DNA of 64,000 nucleotides from Lysobacter sp. GTDB taxonomy: Bacteria; Pseudomonadota; Gammaproteobacteria; Xanthomonadales; Xanthomonadaceae. Location of the stretch: positions 1,388 to 65,387 of the forward strand of contig DASQMI010000069.1 of assembly GCA_035645555.1 (NCBI GenBank). Direction: 5' to 3'. The notes under the pieces were generated by a model. That model had not been told where the DNA came from and made no database searches. It saw only the letters and a program-made list of their open reading frames with translations. Both the position numbers and the translations under genes were made by a program. Below, in pieces: positions 31,136-42,538 of the stretch; within the stretch, counting starts at the first letter, position 1; the number at the start of each line of letters is the position of its first letter.

Positions 31136-32854
31136 TCAGCGCGCCCACCCCACCAGCCAGGCTTCGATCGCGGCGCGGTCGCGCGCGCGCAGCAGCGCGT
31201 TGCGTGCGCGGCGCAGCTCGCCCAGATCCAGCTCGCGGATCCGCCGGCGCAGTTCCAGCAGTGTGCCCGGATGCAGGCTGAATTCGGTGAGACCCAACGC
31301 CAGCAACAGCGGCGCGAACGACGGGTCGCCGGCCATCTCGCCGCACACCGCCACCGGCTTGCCGCGCGCGTGCGCAAGCCGGATCACCCCGCGCAGCAGG
31401 CGCACGATCGCCGGATGCAGCGGCGTGTACAGATCGCCAAGCGCATCGTTGTTGCGGTCGACGGCGAGCAGGTACTGCACCAGGTCGTTGGTGCCGATCG
31501 AGAGGAAGTCGAGCTCGTCGATGAAGCCCGGCAAGGCCAGTGCCGCCGCCGGCACTTCGATCATCACCCCGAGCGGCACTTCGGCGGCGATCGCATGGCC
31601 CTCGGCGCGCATCGTCGCGGCCACCGCCGCCAGCCGCGCGCGCACCGCGCGCACTTCTTCGGTGGAGGCGACCATCGGCACCAGCACGCGCACGGGGCCG
31701 TAGCCGGACGCGCGCAGGATCGCGCGCAGCTGGGTCTCGAACAGTTCCGCGCGGGTCAGCGACAGCCGCACGCCGCGCAGGCCGAGCGCCGGGTTCGGCT
31801 CGTCGCGCAGCGCAAGCCCGGTCTGGTCGGCCTTGTCGGCGCCGAGATCGAGCGTGCGGATCGTCACCGGGCGGCCGTTCATGCCCAGCACGACGTCGCG
31901 GTAGGCGCGGAACTGCTCGCCCTCGTCGGGCAGCTGCGGGCGCTGCAGGAACAGGAACTCGGTGCGGTACAGGCCGACGCCGCTGGCGCCGAGCGCATGC
32001 GCTTGGGCGACGTCGTCGCGCGATTCGGCGTTGGCGTACAGGTGGATGTCGACCCCGTCGCGGGTGCGCGTCGCTTCGCGGCGCAGCCGGTTGAGCGCGC
32101 GCTGCTCGCGTTGCAGCGCGTCGCGGCGGCGGTGGTGCTCGCTCAGGTCGTCGGCGTCGGGCTCGACCACGATGCGGCCGTCTCCGCCGTCGATGATCAG
32201 CGCGTCGCCGTCGTTGATCCGCTGCACCGCCGCCGCGGCGCCGACCACCAGCGGCAGGTGCAGGCTGCGCGCCAGTATCGCGGTGTGCGACAGCGTGCTG
32301 CCGGCGGCGGTGACGATGCCGGCGACGCCCTGCGCCTGCAGCTTGGCGAGCTCGGCGGGGGCGACGTTCTCGGCGACCACGATCTCGCCGGCCGCACCGT
32401 CCAGTCCGGCGTCGGTGCGGTGCAACGCGGCGTGGATGCGGCCGATCACCTGGTCGATGTCGTCGACCCGGCTCTTGAAGTAGGGGTCGTCCATCGACTC
32501 GAACACGCCGGCGATGCGGTCGCGCTGCAGGCGCAGCGCGTAGTCGGCGCTGTACGGGCCGCTGCGGATCAGGTCGTCGAGCCCCTGCAGCAGTTCCGGA
32601 TCGTCGAGCAGCAACGCGTACAGGTCGAGGAACTCGCCGACCTCGTGGACCAGCGCGCCGTGCAGGCGCTCGCGCAGCACGTGCATCTGCCGGCGCACGG
32701 TCGCGATCGCCTCGTGCAGGCGCTCGATCTCCGGCTCCACCTGGGCGGGTGCGATGCGTTCCTCGGCTACCTCGAGCGCATGCGCCAGCCGCACTCGCGC
32801 GCGGCCGAGCGCGCTGCCGCGCGAGGCGCCGACCGCCTGGAAGGTCTGTCTCAT
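31136..32854 (-). CDS. ptsP: PEP-protein phosphotransferase (enzyme I, no GAF domain)
   Basis: GSTLSHTAILARS phospho-His; GVGLYRTEFLF; TIRTLDLGADK; EPNPALGLRGVR; SIGTNDLVQY; CGEMAG. Confidence 0.95.
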   Translation of the reverse strand: MRQTFQAVGASRGSALGRARVRLAHALEVAEERIAPAQVEPEIERLHEAIATVRRQMHVLRERLHGALVHEVGEFLDLYALLLDDPELLQGLDDLIRSGPYSADYALRLQRDRIAGVFESMDDPYFKSRVDDIDQVIGRIHAALHRTDAGLDGAAGEIVVAENVAPAELAKLQAQGVAGIVTAAGSTLSHTAILARSLHLPLVVGAAAAVQRINDGDALIIDGGDGRIVVEPDADDLSEHHRRRDALQREQRALNRLRREATRTRDGVDIHLYANAESRDDVAQAHALGASGVGLYRTEFLFLQRPQLPDEGEQFRAYRDVVLGMNGRPVTIRTLDLGADKADQTGLALRDEPNPALGLRGVRLSLTRAELFETQLRAILRASGYGPVRVLVPMVASTEEVRAVRARLAAVAATMRAEGHAIAAEVPLGVMIEVPAAALALPGFIDELDFLSIGTNDLVQYLLAVDRNNDALGDLYTPLHPAIVRLLRGVIRLAHARGKPVAVCGEMAGDPSFAPLLLALGLTEFSLHPGTLLELRRRIRELDLGELRRARNALLRARDRAAIEAWLVGWAR

Positions 32855-32894
32855 CGGGCGCCCCTGCGACCCGTCCTGGCCGCGCGCGCCGCCA

Positions 32895-33164
32895 TCAGGC
32901 GTCTTCGTCGAAGCGGCGTTCGAACAGCGCCGCGACCGCGTCGGCCGCCGCCTGCTCGTCCTCGCCCTCGACCCGCAGCCGGATCTGGGTGCCTTGGCCT
33001 GCGGCCAGCAGCATTACGCCCATGATGCTCTTGGCGTTGATCTCGCGGCCCTTCGCGGTGAGCGTGACCGTGCTGCGGTACTGCGACAGCAGCTGCACCA
33101 GCTTCGCGGTCGCGCGCGCGTGCAGGCCGAGTCGGTTGGTCACCATGAGCTCGCGTTCGATCAT
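32895..33164 (-). CDS. ptsH: Phosphocarrier protein HPr/NPr
   Basis: LGLHARAT (His15) and NAKSIMGVM (Ser46). Confidence 0.94.
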   Translation of the reverse strand: MIERELMVTNRLGLHARATAKLVQLLSQYRSTVTLTAKGREINAKSIMGVMLLAAGQGTQIRLRVEGEDEQAAADAVAALFERRFDEDA

Positions 33165-33173
33165 CCGTAGTCC

Positions 33174-33566
33174 TCATGCATCGTCCAGCACCACGCCGTT
33201 GCGCGCGCCGATCGAGGCCACCGACAGCAGTTCGTCCAGCGGCAGCTCGGCGTAGTTCATCACCCGCAGCAGCATCGGCAGGCTCAGCGCCGACACCCGC
33301 CGCACCGGCGTGCCCAGCCGCGACAACCGCGCGGCCAGGTTGCTCGGGGTGGCGCCGTACAGGTCGGTCAGCACCAGCACGCCATCGCCGCGGTCGACCC
33401 GGCGCAGCGCCGCGCTGGCCTGCGGCAGCAGCGCCTCCAGGTCGCCGTCGAACGGCACCTCGAGCGCCTCGGTCGGCAGCGGCAGCGTGTGCAGCAGCCG
33501 GGTGGCGACGCTCATCAGCGCCGGGCCGACGCCTTGGTGGGTGACGAGCAGGATGCCGACGGCCAT
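33174..33566 (-). CDS. PTS mannose/fructose-type EIIA component
   Basis: ILLVTHQG; VLVLTDLYGATPSN; LSLPMLLR. Confidence 0.9.
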   Translation of the reverse strand: MAVGILLVTHQGVGPALMSVATRLLHTLPLPTEALEVPFDGDLEALLPQASAALRRVDRGDGVLVLTDLYGATPSNLAARLSRLGTPVRRVSALSLPMLLRVMNYAELPLDELLSVASIGARNGVVLDDA

Positions 33567-33628
33567 GCCCGCACGTTAGCAGAGCGACGTTACCGGACAA
33601 AAGCCGGACCGGCGCGCGCTATGGCGGA

Positions 33629-34519
33629 TTACTCCAGTTCGCGGTGGTGCACCGCGACCTCGTCCCAGCCGGTGCCGCGCGCGTGCTCGGCCAGCCGCTC
33701 GGCGAGGTAGACCGAGCGGTGGCGCCCGCCGGTGCAGCCGATCGCGATGGTGGCGTAGCTGCGGTTGCCTTCGCTCTTCATCCGCGGCAGCCAGGTGTCG
33801 AGGAACGCGGCGATCTGGTTCGCGAAACGGTTCACGTCGTCCTGGCGGTCGAGGTAGTCGCGCACCAGCGCGTCGCGCCCGGACAGCGGCCGCAGCACCT
33901 TGTCCCAGTGCGGGTTGGGCAGGCAGCGTGCGTCGAACACGAAGTCGGCGTCGGCCGGCACGCCGTGACGGTAGGCGAACGATTCGAACAGCAGCGACAT
34001 CCGCGCCGCGCCGCCGATGCCGAATTCGGTGATCACCAGCCGGCGCAGCTGGTGCACGTTGAGGTCGCTGGTGTCGATCACCGCGTCGGCGATCTGCCGC
34101 ACCGGCTTGAGCACCTGGCGTTCCAGCGCGATCGCATCGGCCAGGTTCAGCCCGAGCTGGCTCAGCGGATGTCGGCGCCGGGTGTCGGCGTAGCGCTTGA
34201 TCAGCATCTCGTCGCGCGCGTCGAAGAACAGCAGGCGCGGGTCCGGGCCGAGCCGGCCGACCGCCGACAGCCAGTCGGCGATGTGGCTGAGGTCGCTGTA
34301 GCGGTTGCGCACGTCGATGCCGACGGCGAGCTTCGGCGCGGCGACCTGCTCGGCGCTCAGCACGCCCTGCACGAACTGCGGCAGCAGCTCCGCCGGCAGG
34401 TTGTCGACGCAGTAGTAACCGAGGTCCTCGAACGTGTTCAGCGCCACCGACTTGCCGGAACCGGACATGCCGGTGACCACCACCAGGGTCGGGGCGACCG
34501 CGTCCTGCGGCGCGCTCAT
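33629..34519 (-). CDS. rapZ: RNase adapter RapZ
   Basis: [10 protein letters not shown]; YYCVDNLP; [24 protein letters not shown]; [10 protein letters not shown]. Confidence 0.95.
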   Translation of the reverse strand: MSAPQDAVAPTLVVVTGMSGSGKSVALNTFEDLGYYCVDNLPAELLPQFVQGVLSAEQVAAPKLAVGIDVRNRYSDLSHIADWLSAVGRLGPDPRLLFFDARDEMLIKRYADTRRRHPLSQLGLNLADAIALERQVLKPVRQIADAVIDTSDLNVHQLRRLVITEFGIGGAARMSLLFESFAYRHGVPADADFVFDARCLPNPHWDKVLRPLSGRDALVRDYLDRQDDVNRFANQIAAFLDTWLPRMKSEGNRSYATIAIGCTGGRHRSVYLAERLAEHARGTGWDEVAVHHRELE

Positions 34520-35463
34520 GTCGAGCGCTCCAGGAAGTGGCTGTGGCGCGCCATGAACGCGGCCGCCGGATCGACGCCCTTCGCGCGCAGCAGGTGCGCG
34601 CGGGTGGCCGCCTCGGTCAGCACGGCGAGGTTGCGGCCGGGCATGACCGGCAGGGTGATCGTCGGCACGTCGAGGTCGAGCACGCGACGCACGCCGAGCT
34701 CGCCGGTGATGCGCTCCAGCCCGCTCGGCTGCGGTTCCAGCGACGGCCGGGTCAGGTGCACGATCAGGCGCAGGTACTTGTTCCGCTTCACCGCGGTGTC
34801 GCCGAACATCTGCCGGATGTTGAGCACGCCGAGGCCACGCACCTCGAGCATGTCCTGGAGCAGCTCGGGGCACGCGCCGTCCAGCACGTCCGGTGCGATC
34901 TGGGTGAACTCCGGCGCGTCGTCGGCGACCAGGCGGTGGCCGCGGGTGATCAGCTCGAGCGCGAGTTCGCTCTTGCCCGAACCCGGCTCACCGGTGATCA
35001 GCACGCCGATCGAGTAGATCTCCATGAACACGCCGTGCAGCGTCACCCGCGGCGCGAGCGTGCGCGCCAGCCGGTACTGCAGGTGGTTGAGCAGCTCATG
35101 ACCGCGCCGTGGCGACACCCACAGCGGGGTGTCGCTCTCCTCCGCAGCGCGGCGCAGATCCTCCGGGCACGACTGGCTCTTGCTGATTACCAGCGCGAGC
35201 GGACGGAACTGGATGATCTTTTCGATCGTCTCCCAGCGCAGCCGCGAATCCAGCGCGTCCAGCCAGGCGAGCTCCTCGGAGCCGAGGATCTGCACCTTGT
35301 TCGGGTAGATGATGTTGAGGTATCCGGCCAGCGACGGTCGGCGTGCGACCGTCTCCACCGCTTCCAGCAGGCGGTCGGCGCCGCGCTGCCCGGCCACCCA
35401 GCGCAGCTCGAGGCGTTCGCGCTGCTGCTCGAACAGCTCGGCAGCGGTAATGCTGGCATTCAT
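34516..35463 (-). CDS. hprK: HPr kinase/phosphorylase
   Basis: [41 protein letters not shown]; [11 protein letters not shown]; [11 protein letters not shown]. Confidence 0.95.
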   Translation of the reverse strand: MNASITAAELFEQQRERLELRWVAGQRGADRLLEAVETVARRPSLAGYLNIIYPNKVQILGSEELAWLDALDSRLRWETIEKIIQFRPLALVISKSQSCPEDLRRAAEESDTPLWVSPRRGHELLNHLQYRLARTLAPRVTLHGVFMEIYSIGVLITGEPGSGKSELALELITRGHRLVADDAPEFTQIAPDVLDGACPELLQDMLEVRGLGVLNIRQMFGDTAVKRNKYLRLIVHLTRPSLEPQPSGLERITGELGVRRVLDLDVPTITLPVMPGRNLAVLTEAATRAHLLRAKGVDPAAAFMARHSHFLERST

Positions 35464-35493
35464 GCGGCGACGCTCCCCCTGCGCGCCGCCCGC

Positions 35494-35820
35494 TCAGGCG
35501 CCCGCGCCGTTGCGGGCCAGGCTCTCGCCGCGGTGGTGGTCGACCAGCCGCTCCTTGTGGCGGACCAGCATGCGGTCGAGCTTGTCGACCAGCAGGTCGA
35601 TCGCAGCGTACATGTCGTGCGCGCCGACGTCGGCGTGCAGCGTGCGCCCGGCGATGTTGACGTTGGCATCCGCGCGGTGGTCGGTCTTCTCGACGCTGAG
35701 CGTCACCCGCACGTCGAACGCCTGGTCGAAGTGGCGCTCCAGGCGCTGCAGCTTGTTCTCCACGTACTGACGCAGCGCCGGCGTCACTTCGATCTGCTGG
35801 CCGTGGGTCTCGACACGCAT
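35494..35820 (-). CDS. hpf: Ribosome hibernation promoting factor
   Basis: MRVETHGQQIEVTPALRQYVENKLQRL; DMYAAIDLLVDKLDR. Confidence 0.94.
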   Translation of the reverse strand: MRVETHGQQIEVTPALRQYVENKLQRLERHFDQAFDVRVTLSVEKTDHRADANVNIAGRTLHADVGAHDMYAAIDLLVDKLDRMLVRHKERLVDHHRGESLARNGAGA

Positions 35821-35971
35821 CGTCCACCTCCAAACGTCGTACGGGCCTACAGCATGGCACGCCGGGCAGGAAGCGCAACTGAGCGCGGGGTGCGAACGCG
35901 ATCGCACGACGAGCGGCGAACGGGTCACGTCCGCGCGCAAGCGCTTGATTGCAGGGCGCGGCGGACGCCGC

Positions 35972-37393
35972 TCAGCCCATCCGCGTGCGTTCCTGCGACG
36001 ACGGCAGGCCCATCGCCTCGCGGTACTTGGCGACCGTGCGGCGGGCGACCGGAACGCCCGCGGCCTTCAGCATCTCCGCCAGGCGCGCGTCGGACAGCGG
36101 CTTGCGCGGATCCTCGGCCTCGATCAGCCGGCGGATCATCGCCTGGATGGCGGTGCTCGACAGCTCGCCGCCGTTGTCGCTGCTGACGCCCGAGGCGAAG
36201 AACGCACGCAGCGGCAGCGTGCCGCGCGGCGTGCGCGCGTACTTACGCGCGATCGCGCGTGAGACGGTCGATTCGTGCAGGCCGACCTCGGCGGCGACTT
36301 CGCGCAGGGTCAGCGGGCGCAGTGCGCTGTCGCCGAACTCGAGGAACCCGGCCTGCGCGCGGATCAGGCAGCGGACCACCTTGAGCAGCGTCTCACCGCG
36401 CGCTTCCAGGCTCTTCAGCAGCCAGCGCGCCTCCTGCAGCTGGCTCTTCAGGTAGTTGGCATCGCTGCCGCTGGCGCGCCGGATCAGGCTCTCGTAGCCG
36501 CGGTGGATCGACACCCGCGGCCGCATGCTGTCGGCCAGCGCGCAGCGCCATTGACCGTGCTGGCGCCAGATCACCACGTCCGGCACCACGTAGGTGTCGC
36601 TGCGGATCGGGCCGATCTGCGCGCCCGGGCGCGGATCGAGCGAGCGCAGCAGCTGCACCGCAGTGTCCACCGCGTCGGTCGGCTCGGCGAGTTCCGTCGC
36701 GATGCCGTCGACGCCCATCTTCGGGAGCCGTTCCAGCAGGCCCTCGGTCAGCCGGTAGGCGAGCGCGCGGCCGGGCGTGTCCGCCGGCAGCGTGTCCAGC
36801 TGCAGGCGCAGGCACTCGCCGAGGTCGCGCGCGGCCACGCCCACCGGATCGAAGCGCTGGATCTGGTGCAGCACCGTGGCCACTTCCTCCGGCCGCGCGT
36901 CGAACGTCGGACCGAGGGTGGCGGCGATGACGTCCAGCGGCTCGCGCAGGTAGCCGTCCTCGCCGACCGATTCGATGATCGCCACGCCGATCTGGCGGTC
37001 GCGCTCGTTCAGGCGGCTCAGGTGCAGCTGCCACAGCAGATGGTCCTGCAGCGTGTCCGCCTCGGCGACCTGTTCGGCCGGCGGCGTGTCCTCGAAATCG
37101 CTGCGGCCGCCGCGCTCCTGCCACGGCTCCGGGTCGGGTTCCCAGTCCGGGGCGTCGGCAAGCGGCGCGTCGTCCTCGCCGTCGCCGGCCGACAGCGGCT
37201 CGCGCTCGGCGTCGTCGCCGGTGTCGACCTCGAGCGAGGACTCGGTCCAGTCGAGCAGCGGATTGCTCTCCACCGCGGCAAGCAGTTCCTGCTCCAGCTC
37301 GACGGCGGACAGCTGCAGCAGGCGGATGGCCTGCCGCAACTGCGGGGTCATCACCAGATGCTGTCCGAGCGTGGCCTGCAGGCGGGGCTTCAT
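35972..37393 (-). CDS. rpoN: RNA polymerase sigma-54 factor
   Basis: MTPQLRQAIRLLQLS; LHESTVSRA; ARRTVAKYRE RpoN box. Confidence 0.97.
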   Translation of the reverse strand: MKPRLQATLGQHLVMTPQLRQAIRLLQLSAVELEQELLAAVESNPLLDWTESSLEVDTGDDAEREPLSAGDGEDDAPLADAPDWEPDPEPWQERGGRSDFEDTPPAEQVAEADTLQDHLLWQLHLSRLNERDRQIGVAIIESVGEDGYLREPLDVIAATLGPTFDARPEEVATVLHQIQRFDPVGVAARDLGECLRLQLDTLPADTPGRALAYRLTEGLLERLPKMGVDGIATELAEPTDAVDTAVQLLRSLDPRPGAQIGPIRSDTYVVPDVVIWRQHGQWRCALADSMRPRVSIHRGYESLIRRASGSDANYLKSQLQEARWLLKSLEARGETLLKVVRCLIRAQAGFLEFGDSALRPLTLREVAAEVGLHESTVSRAIARKYARTPRGTLPLRAFFASGVSSDNGGELSSTAIQAMIRRLIEAEDPRKPLSDARLAEMLKAAGVPVARRTVAKYREAMGLPSSQERTRMG

Positions 37394-37460
37394 ACCGTCG
37401 GGGAATGCCGGCGGCGGCCGGCGTGGTGCGGGCGGGAGCGGGGTCCCGGAAGCCCAAGCA

Positions 37461-38180
37461 TTACAGGCGGAAGGTTTCGCCGAGGTAAACGCGGCGGACG
37501 TCGGGATTGGCCAGCAGCGCGTCCGGCGCGCCTTGGGCGAGCACGCCGCCTTCGCTGAGGATGTAGGCGCGGTCGCAGATGCCCAGCGTCTCGCGCACGT
37601 TGTGATCGGTGATCAGCACGCCGATGCCACGGTTCTTGAGGTGGCGCACGATGCGCTGGATCTCGCCGACCGAGATCGGATCGACGCCGGCGAACGGCTC
37701 GTCCAGCAACATCAGCCGCGGCTTGGCGGCCAGCGCGCGTGCGATTTCCACGCGGCGGCGCTCGCCGCCGGACAGGCTGGCGCCGATCTGGTCGGCGACG
37801 TGGGTGATCTGCAATTCATCGAGCAGCGCTTCCAGCTCGCGCTCGCGGCTGGCGCGATCTAGGTCGTTGCGCAGCTCCAGCACCAGCCGCAGGTTGTCGG
37901 CGACGCTCAGCTTGCGGAACACCGACGGTTCCTGCGGCAGGTAGCCGACGCCGTGGCGGGCGCGGGTGTACATCGGATCGGCGGTGATGTCCTGGCCGTC
38001 GAGCACGATGCGGCCGGCGTCGGCGCGGATCAGGCCGACGATCATGTAGAAGCAGGTGGTCTTGCCGGCGCCGTTCGGGCCGAGCAGGCCGACCACCTCG
38101 CCCGCATCGAGCGTGAGGCTGAAGTCGCGGACGACCTGGCGCGCGCGGTAGGTCTTGCGGAGCCCTTCGACGACCAGCAT
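37461..38180 (-). CDS. lptB: LPS export ABC ATPase LptB
   Basis: [16 protein letters not shown]; [12 protein letters not shown]; [15 protein letters not shown]; [12 protein letters not shown]. Confidence 0.96.
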   Translation of the reverse strand: MLVVEGLRKTYRARQVVRDFSLTLDAGEVVGLLGPNGAGKTTCFYMIVGLIRADAGRIVLDGQDITADPMYTRARHGVGYLPQEPSVFRKLSVADNLRLVLELRNDLDRASRERELEALLDELQITHVADQIGASLSGGERRRVEIARALAAKPRLMLLDEPFAGVDPISVGEIQRIVRHLKNRGIGVLITDHNVRETLGICDRAYILSEGGVLAQGAPDALLANPDVRRVYLGETFRL

Positions 38181-38689
38181 CAGCCGCCCTTCGTTCCGCG
38201 GTTCTTCGGCAGGAAGCGCACCTTGACGCGGCTGTTCTCGCCGCCGCCGGCCTGCACCTGGCCGTTGGCCATGTTGTAGACGATGCGGTCGCCGCTCAGC
38301 GAGCCGTCCGGCTTGCTGAGGGTGGCGTTGCCGATGAACACCACGGTCTCGCTCTGCAGGTCGTATTCGACGCGCGAGGAATTGGCGGTGACCTGCTGAC
38401 CGTTGTCGAGCTGCTGCTCCATCTGCACCGGCGCGCCGCTGAGGAACACCTTCTGGATGTCGCCGCCGCCGCGTCGCAGGTCGGCGGAGGCGGCGTTGAT
38501 GCGCAGCGTGCCCTGCACGATGCGCACGTTGCCGGTGAACGTGCACGGGCCGCTGTCGTCGCCGACCGCGCAGTTGGTGTGGTTGGCGTCCACGTCCATT
38601 GGCTGGTTGCGGTCGGAGGAACGCGCGAACGCAGGGCCTGCGGAGGCGGCGAGCGCGAGGGCGAGCAGGCTAGCGGGCAGTGCGTTCAT
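38180..38689 (-). CDS. lptA: LPS transport periplasmic protein LptA
   Basis: Signal peptide; [12 protein letters not shown]; [11 protein letters not shown]; GDRIVYN. Confidence 0.93.
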   Translation of the reverse strand: MNALPASLLALALAASAGPAFARSSDRNQPMDVDANHTNCAVGDDSGPCTFTGNVRIVQGTLRINAASADLRRGGGDIQKVFLSGAPVQMEQQLDNGQQVTANSSRVEYDLQSETVVFIGNATLSKPDGSLSGDRIVYNMANGQVQAGGGENSRVKVRFLPKNRGTKGG

Positions 38690-39236
38690 AGCGGGCGGTC
38701 ACGTCGTGAAGGATCACGCGCTTGGCGTCGAGTCGGGCATCGGCGCCGCGGCGGCCGGTCAGTATAAGACCCGGCTGGGTGATCGTGACCGCGCTGCGGG
38801 TGCTGGCAAGGTCGCGTTCGGGAAAGACGTTCAGTGCCTGCGTCTCCATCCGCAGCGGGCGGTCCTGGGCATCGCGGCTGTTGGCGACCACGTCGCCGCG
38901 CAGGCGCAGCTCGTCGCCCTCGGCGGACACCCAGCCGGTCTTCGCGCGCACCAGCCACGGCGCGGCGTCGGGTTTCTGCGGCGGCAGGGTGAATACCGGC
39001 GTGGCGATGTCGAGCGATTTCTGCGCCGGGTCGCGCACCAGCGTCGGTGCGCGCAGGGTGAAAGCCTCGCGTCCTTCGCGGTCGAGTACAACCAGCTCGA
39101 AGTCGTTGAGCACGTAATCGGGGCGCAGGCTCGCACGCGGCTGCGCCGGCGGAGCGTCGCCCTGGCGCAGCACCGCCCAGCCGGTGAGCAGCGCGCCGAG
39201 CAGCAGCGCGATCGACAGCAGGCTGCGCCAGCTCAC
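38670..39236 (-). CDS. lptC: LPS export protein LptC
   Basis: GTG start VSWRSLL (frame of track ORF 38670..39728); TM; RPDYVLNDF; KTGWVSAEGDELRLRGDV. Confidence 0.9.
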   Translation of the reverse strand: MSWRSLLSIALLLGALLTGWAVLRQGDAPPAQPRASLRPDYVLNDFELVVLDREGREAFTLRAPTLVRDPAQKSLDIATPVFTLPPQKPDAAPWLVRAKTGWVSAEGDELRLRGDVVANSRDAQDRPLRMETQALNVFPERDLASTRSAVTITQPGLILTGRRGADARLDAKRVILHDVTARYERTAR

Positions 39237-39820
39237 GGTGCGGGCTCCGGCGCCAGCAGCGCCGCGAGCATGCGCTCGGCATGGCCCTGCACGGTCAGCA
39301 GCAGATCGCAGAACTCGCGCACCGCGCCCTCGCCGCCGCGCGCGCGGGTCTGCCAGTGCACGTGGCCGTGCAGCCACGGGTGGGCGTTGGCCGGCGCCAC
39401 GGCGACGCCGACGTGACGCATCACCCGCAGGTCGGGCAGGTCGTCGCCCATGAACGCGACCTCGTCCATCGCGATGCCGTGCTCGGCCGCGATCGCGCGC
39501 ACGCAGGCGAGCTTGTCGGCGATGCCGATGTGCGCCGCGATGCCGAGCTCGGCCGCGCGCTGGCCGGCGATGCGGCCGCTGCGCGCGGTGACGAACGCGA
39601 GCTGCAGCCCGGCCTTGCGCAGCAGCACCAGTCCCTGGCCGTCGGCAACGTGGAACGCCTTCAGCTCGCGGCCTTCGTCGTCGAAGAACAGGCGGCCGTC
39701 GGTCAGCGTGCCGTCGACGTCGAAGCACGCGAGCCTCACCCGCGCGATGCGTTCGCGGACGTCGGCGGGGCAGGCGCTGAACAGGTCGTTCGACACGGTC
39801 GGGTCCAGGCGGGCGCTCAC
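39233..39820 (-). CDS. kdsC: KDO-8-phosphate phosphatase
   Basis: FDVDGTLTDG; KAFHVADGQG; FMGDDLPD; GGEGAVREFCD. Confidence 0.93.
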   Translation of the reverse strand: MSARLDPTVSNDLFSACPADVRERIARVRLACFDVDGTLTDGRLFFDDEGRELKAFHVADGQGLVLLRKAGLQLAFVTARSGRIAGQRAAELGIAAHIGIADKLACVRAIAAEHGIAMDEVAFMGDDLPDLRVMRHVGVAVAPANAHPWLHGHVHWQTRARGGEGAVREFCDLLLTVQGHAERMLAALLAPEPAP

Positions 39821-40818
39821 ACGACGCGCGCGCGCAGCAGGTCGTGGATGTTGAGCGCGCCGACCACGCGCCGTTCGCGGTCGACCACCAGCAGCGCGTT
39901 GATTTTGTGCGCTTCCATCAGCTGCGCGGCTTCCACCGCCAGTGCGTCGGCGCCGATGGTCTTCGGCTCGCGCGTCATCACCTCGGCGATGCGGGTGGCG
40001 CGCAGGTCGAGCGCCTCGTTGTCGAGGCTGCGGCGCAGGTCGCCGTCGGTGTACAGGCCGAGCAGGCGGCCGTCGGCATCCACCACCGCGGTCATGCCGA
40101 GCCGCTTGCGGGTCATCTCGACCAGCGCCTCGCTGACGCTGGCCTCGGCGTGCACGCGCGGCACGTCGTCGCCGGTGTGCATGACGTCGGCGATGTGCAG
40201 CAGCAGGCGACGGCCAAGCGCACCGGCCGGATGCGAACGCGCGAAGTCGTCGGCGGTGAAGCCGCGCGCCTCCAGCAGCGCGACCGCGAGCGCATCGCCC
40301 ATCGCCAGCGCGGCGGTGGTGCTGGCGGTCGGCGCCAGCGCGAGCGGGCAGGCCTCGGCCGGCACGGTGACGTCCAGATGCACGTCGGCCTCGCGCGCCA
40401 GGGTCGACTGGGGCCGCCCGGTCATGGCGATCAGCTTGTTGCCCTGGCGCTTGAGCACCGGCAGCAGCATCAACAGCTCGTCGCTCTCGCCAGAATTGGA
40501 CAGCGCCAGCACGATGTCGGCGTCGGTGACCATGCCGAGGTCGCCATGCCCGGCTTCGCCGGGATGCACGTAGAACGCCGGCGTGCCGGTCGACGCCAGC
40601 GTGGCGGCAATCTTGCGCGCGATATGGCCGGACTTGCCCATGCCGGTGCAGACCACGCGGCCGCGGGTGGCGAGGATCAGCCGGCACGCGTTGCTGAAGT
40701 CGCCGTCGATGCGCGCGGCTACCGCCGCGAGCGCCTCGCGTTCGATCTCGAACACGCGGCGGCCGCTGGCGGCGAGCGTGGCGTCGGAGATCGTGGGGTC
40801 GTGGCGGGCGGCGTCCAT
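39817..40818 (-). CDS. kdsD: Arabinose-5-phosphate isomerase (KpsF/GutQ)
   Basis: TGMGKSGHIARKIAATLASTGTPAF; EAGHGDLG; SIS domain plus CBS pair. Confidence 0.95.
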   Translation of the reverse strand: MDAARHDPTISDATLAASGRRVFEIEREALAAVAARIDGDFSNACRLILATRGRVVCTGMGKSGHIARKIAATLASTGTPAFYVHPGEAGHGDLGMVTDADIVLALSNSGESDELLMLLPVLKRQGNKLIAMTGRPQSTLAREADVHLDVTVPAEACPLALAPTASTTAALAMGDALAVALLEARGFTADDFARSHPAGALGRRLLLHIADVMHTGDDVPRVHAEASVSEALVEMTRKRLGMTAVVDADGRLLGLYTDGDLRRSLDNEALDLRATRIAEVMTREPKTIGADALAVEAAQLMEAHKINALLVVDRERRVVGALNIHDLLRARVV

Positions 40819-40965
40819 GGGGTCTCTGCGGCCGGAAGTGGGGGGCGACGGCCATTCCGGGCCGGGGGGCTTTCCGTTAGGCTAGCCGCCAATTCTAGCG
40901 GCTCCTGCGCCGCCCCTCCCGCGGCGTGCGCCGCGCGGTCACCGTTCCGTCATCCGGGTCACGCC

Positions 40966-41194
40966 TTGAACGCCGACACCATCCGCTCCCTTATCGAACA
41001 CGGCCTGCCCGGCGCACAGGTGCACGTGCGCGGCGACGACGGCGTGCATTTCGAGGCCGTGGTCGTCAGCGAGGCCTTCCGCGGCAAGCTGCCGCTGGCG
41101 CGCCACCGCATGGTCTACGCCACGCTCGGCGAGCGCATGGGCGGCGAGATCCACGCGCTCGCGCTGAAGACGCTCACGCCTGAAGAAGCCGGGG

Positions 41195-41208
<14 letters not shown>
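40966..41208 (+). CDS. BolA family protein (IbaG-like)
   Basis: TTG start; GDDGVHFEAVVVSEAF; RHRMVY; EIHAL; directly upstream of murA. Confidence 0.9.
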
Positions 41209-42528
<1,320 letters not shown>

Positions 42529-42538
42529 AACGGTACGG

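Noticed and set aside
38670-38689. Frameshift at the lptC/lptA 20-nt overlap
   Set aside because: LptC ends with the expected RYE-type C-terminus and LptA has an intact signal peptide.
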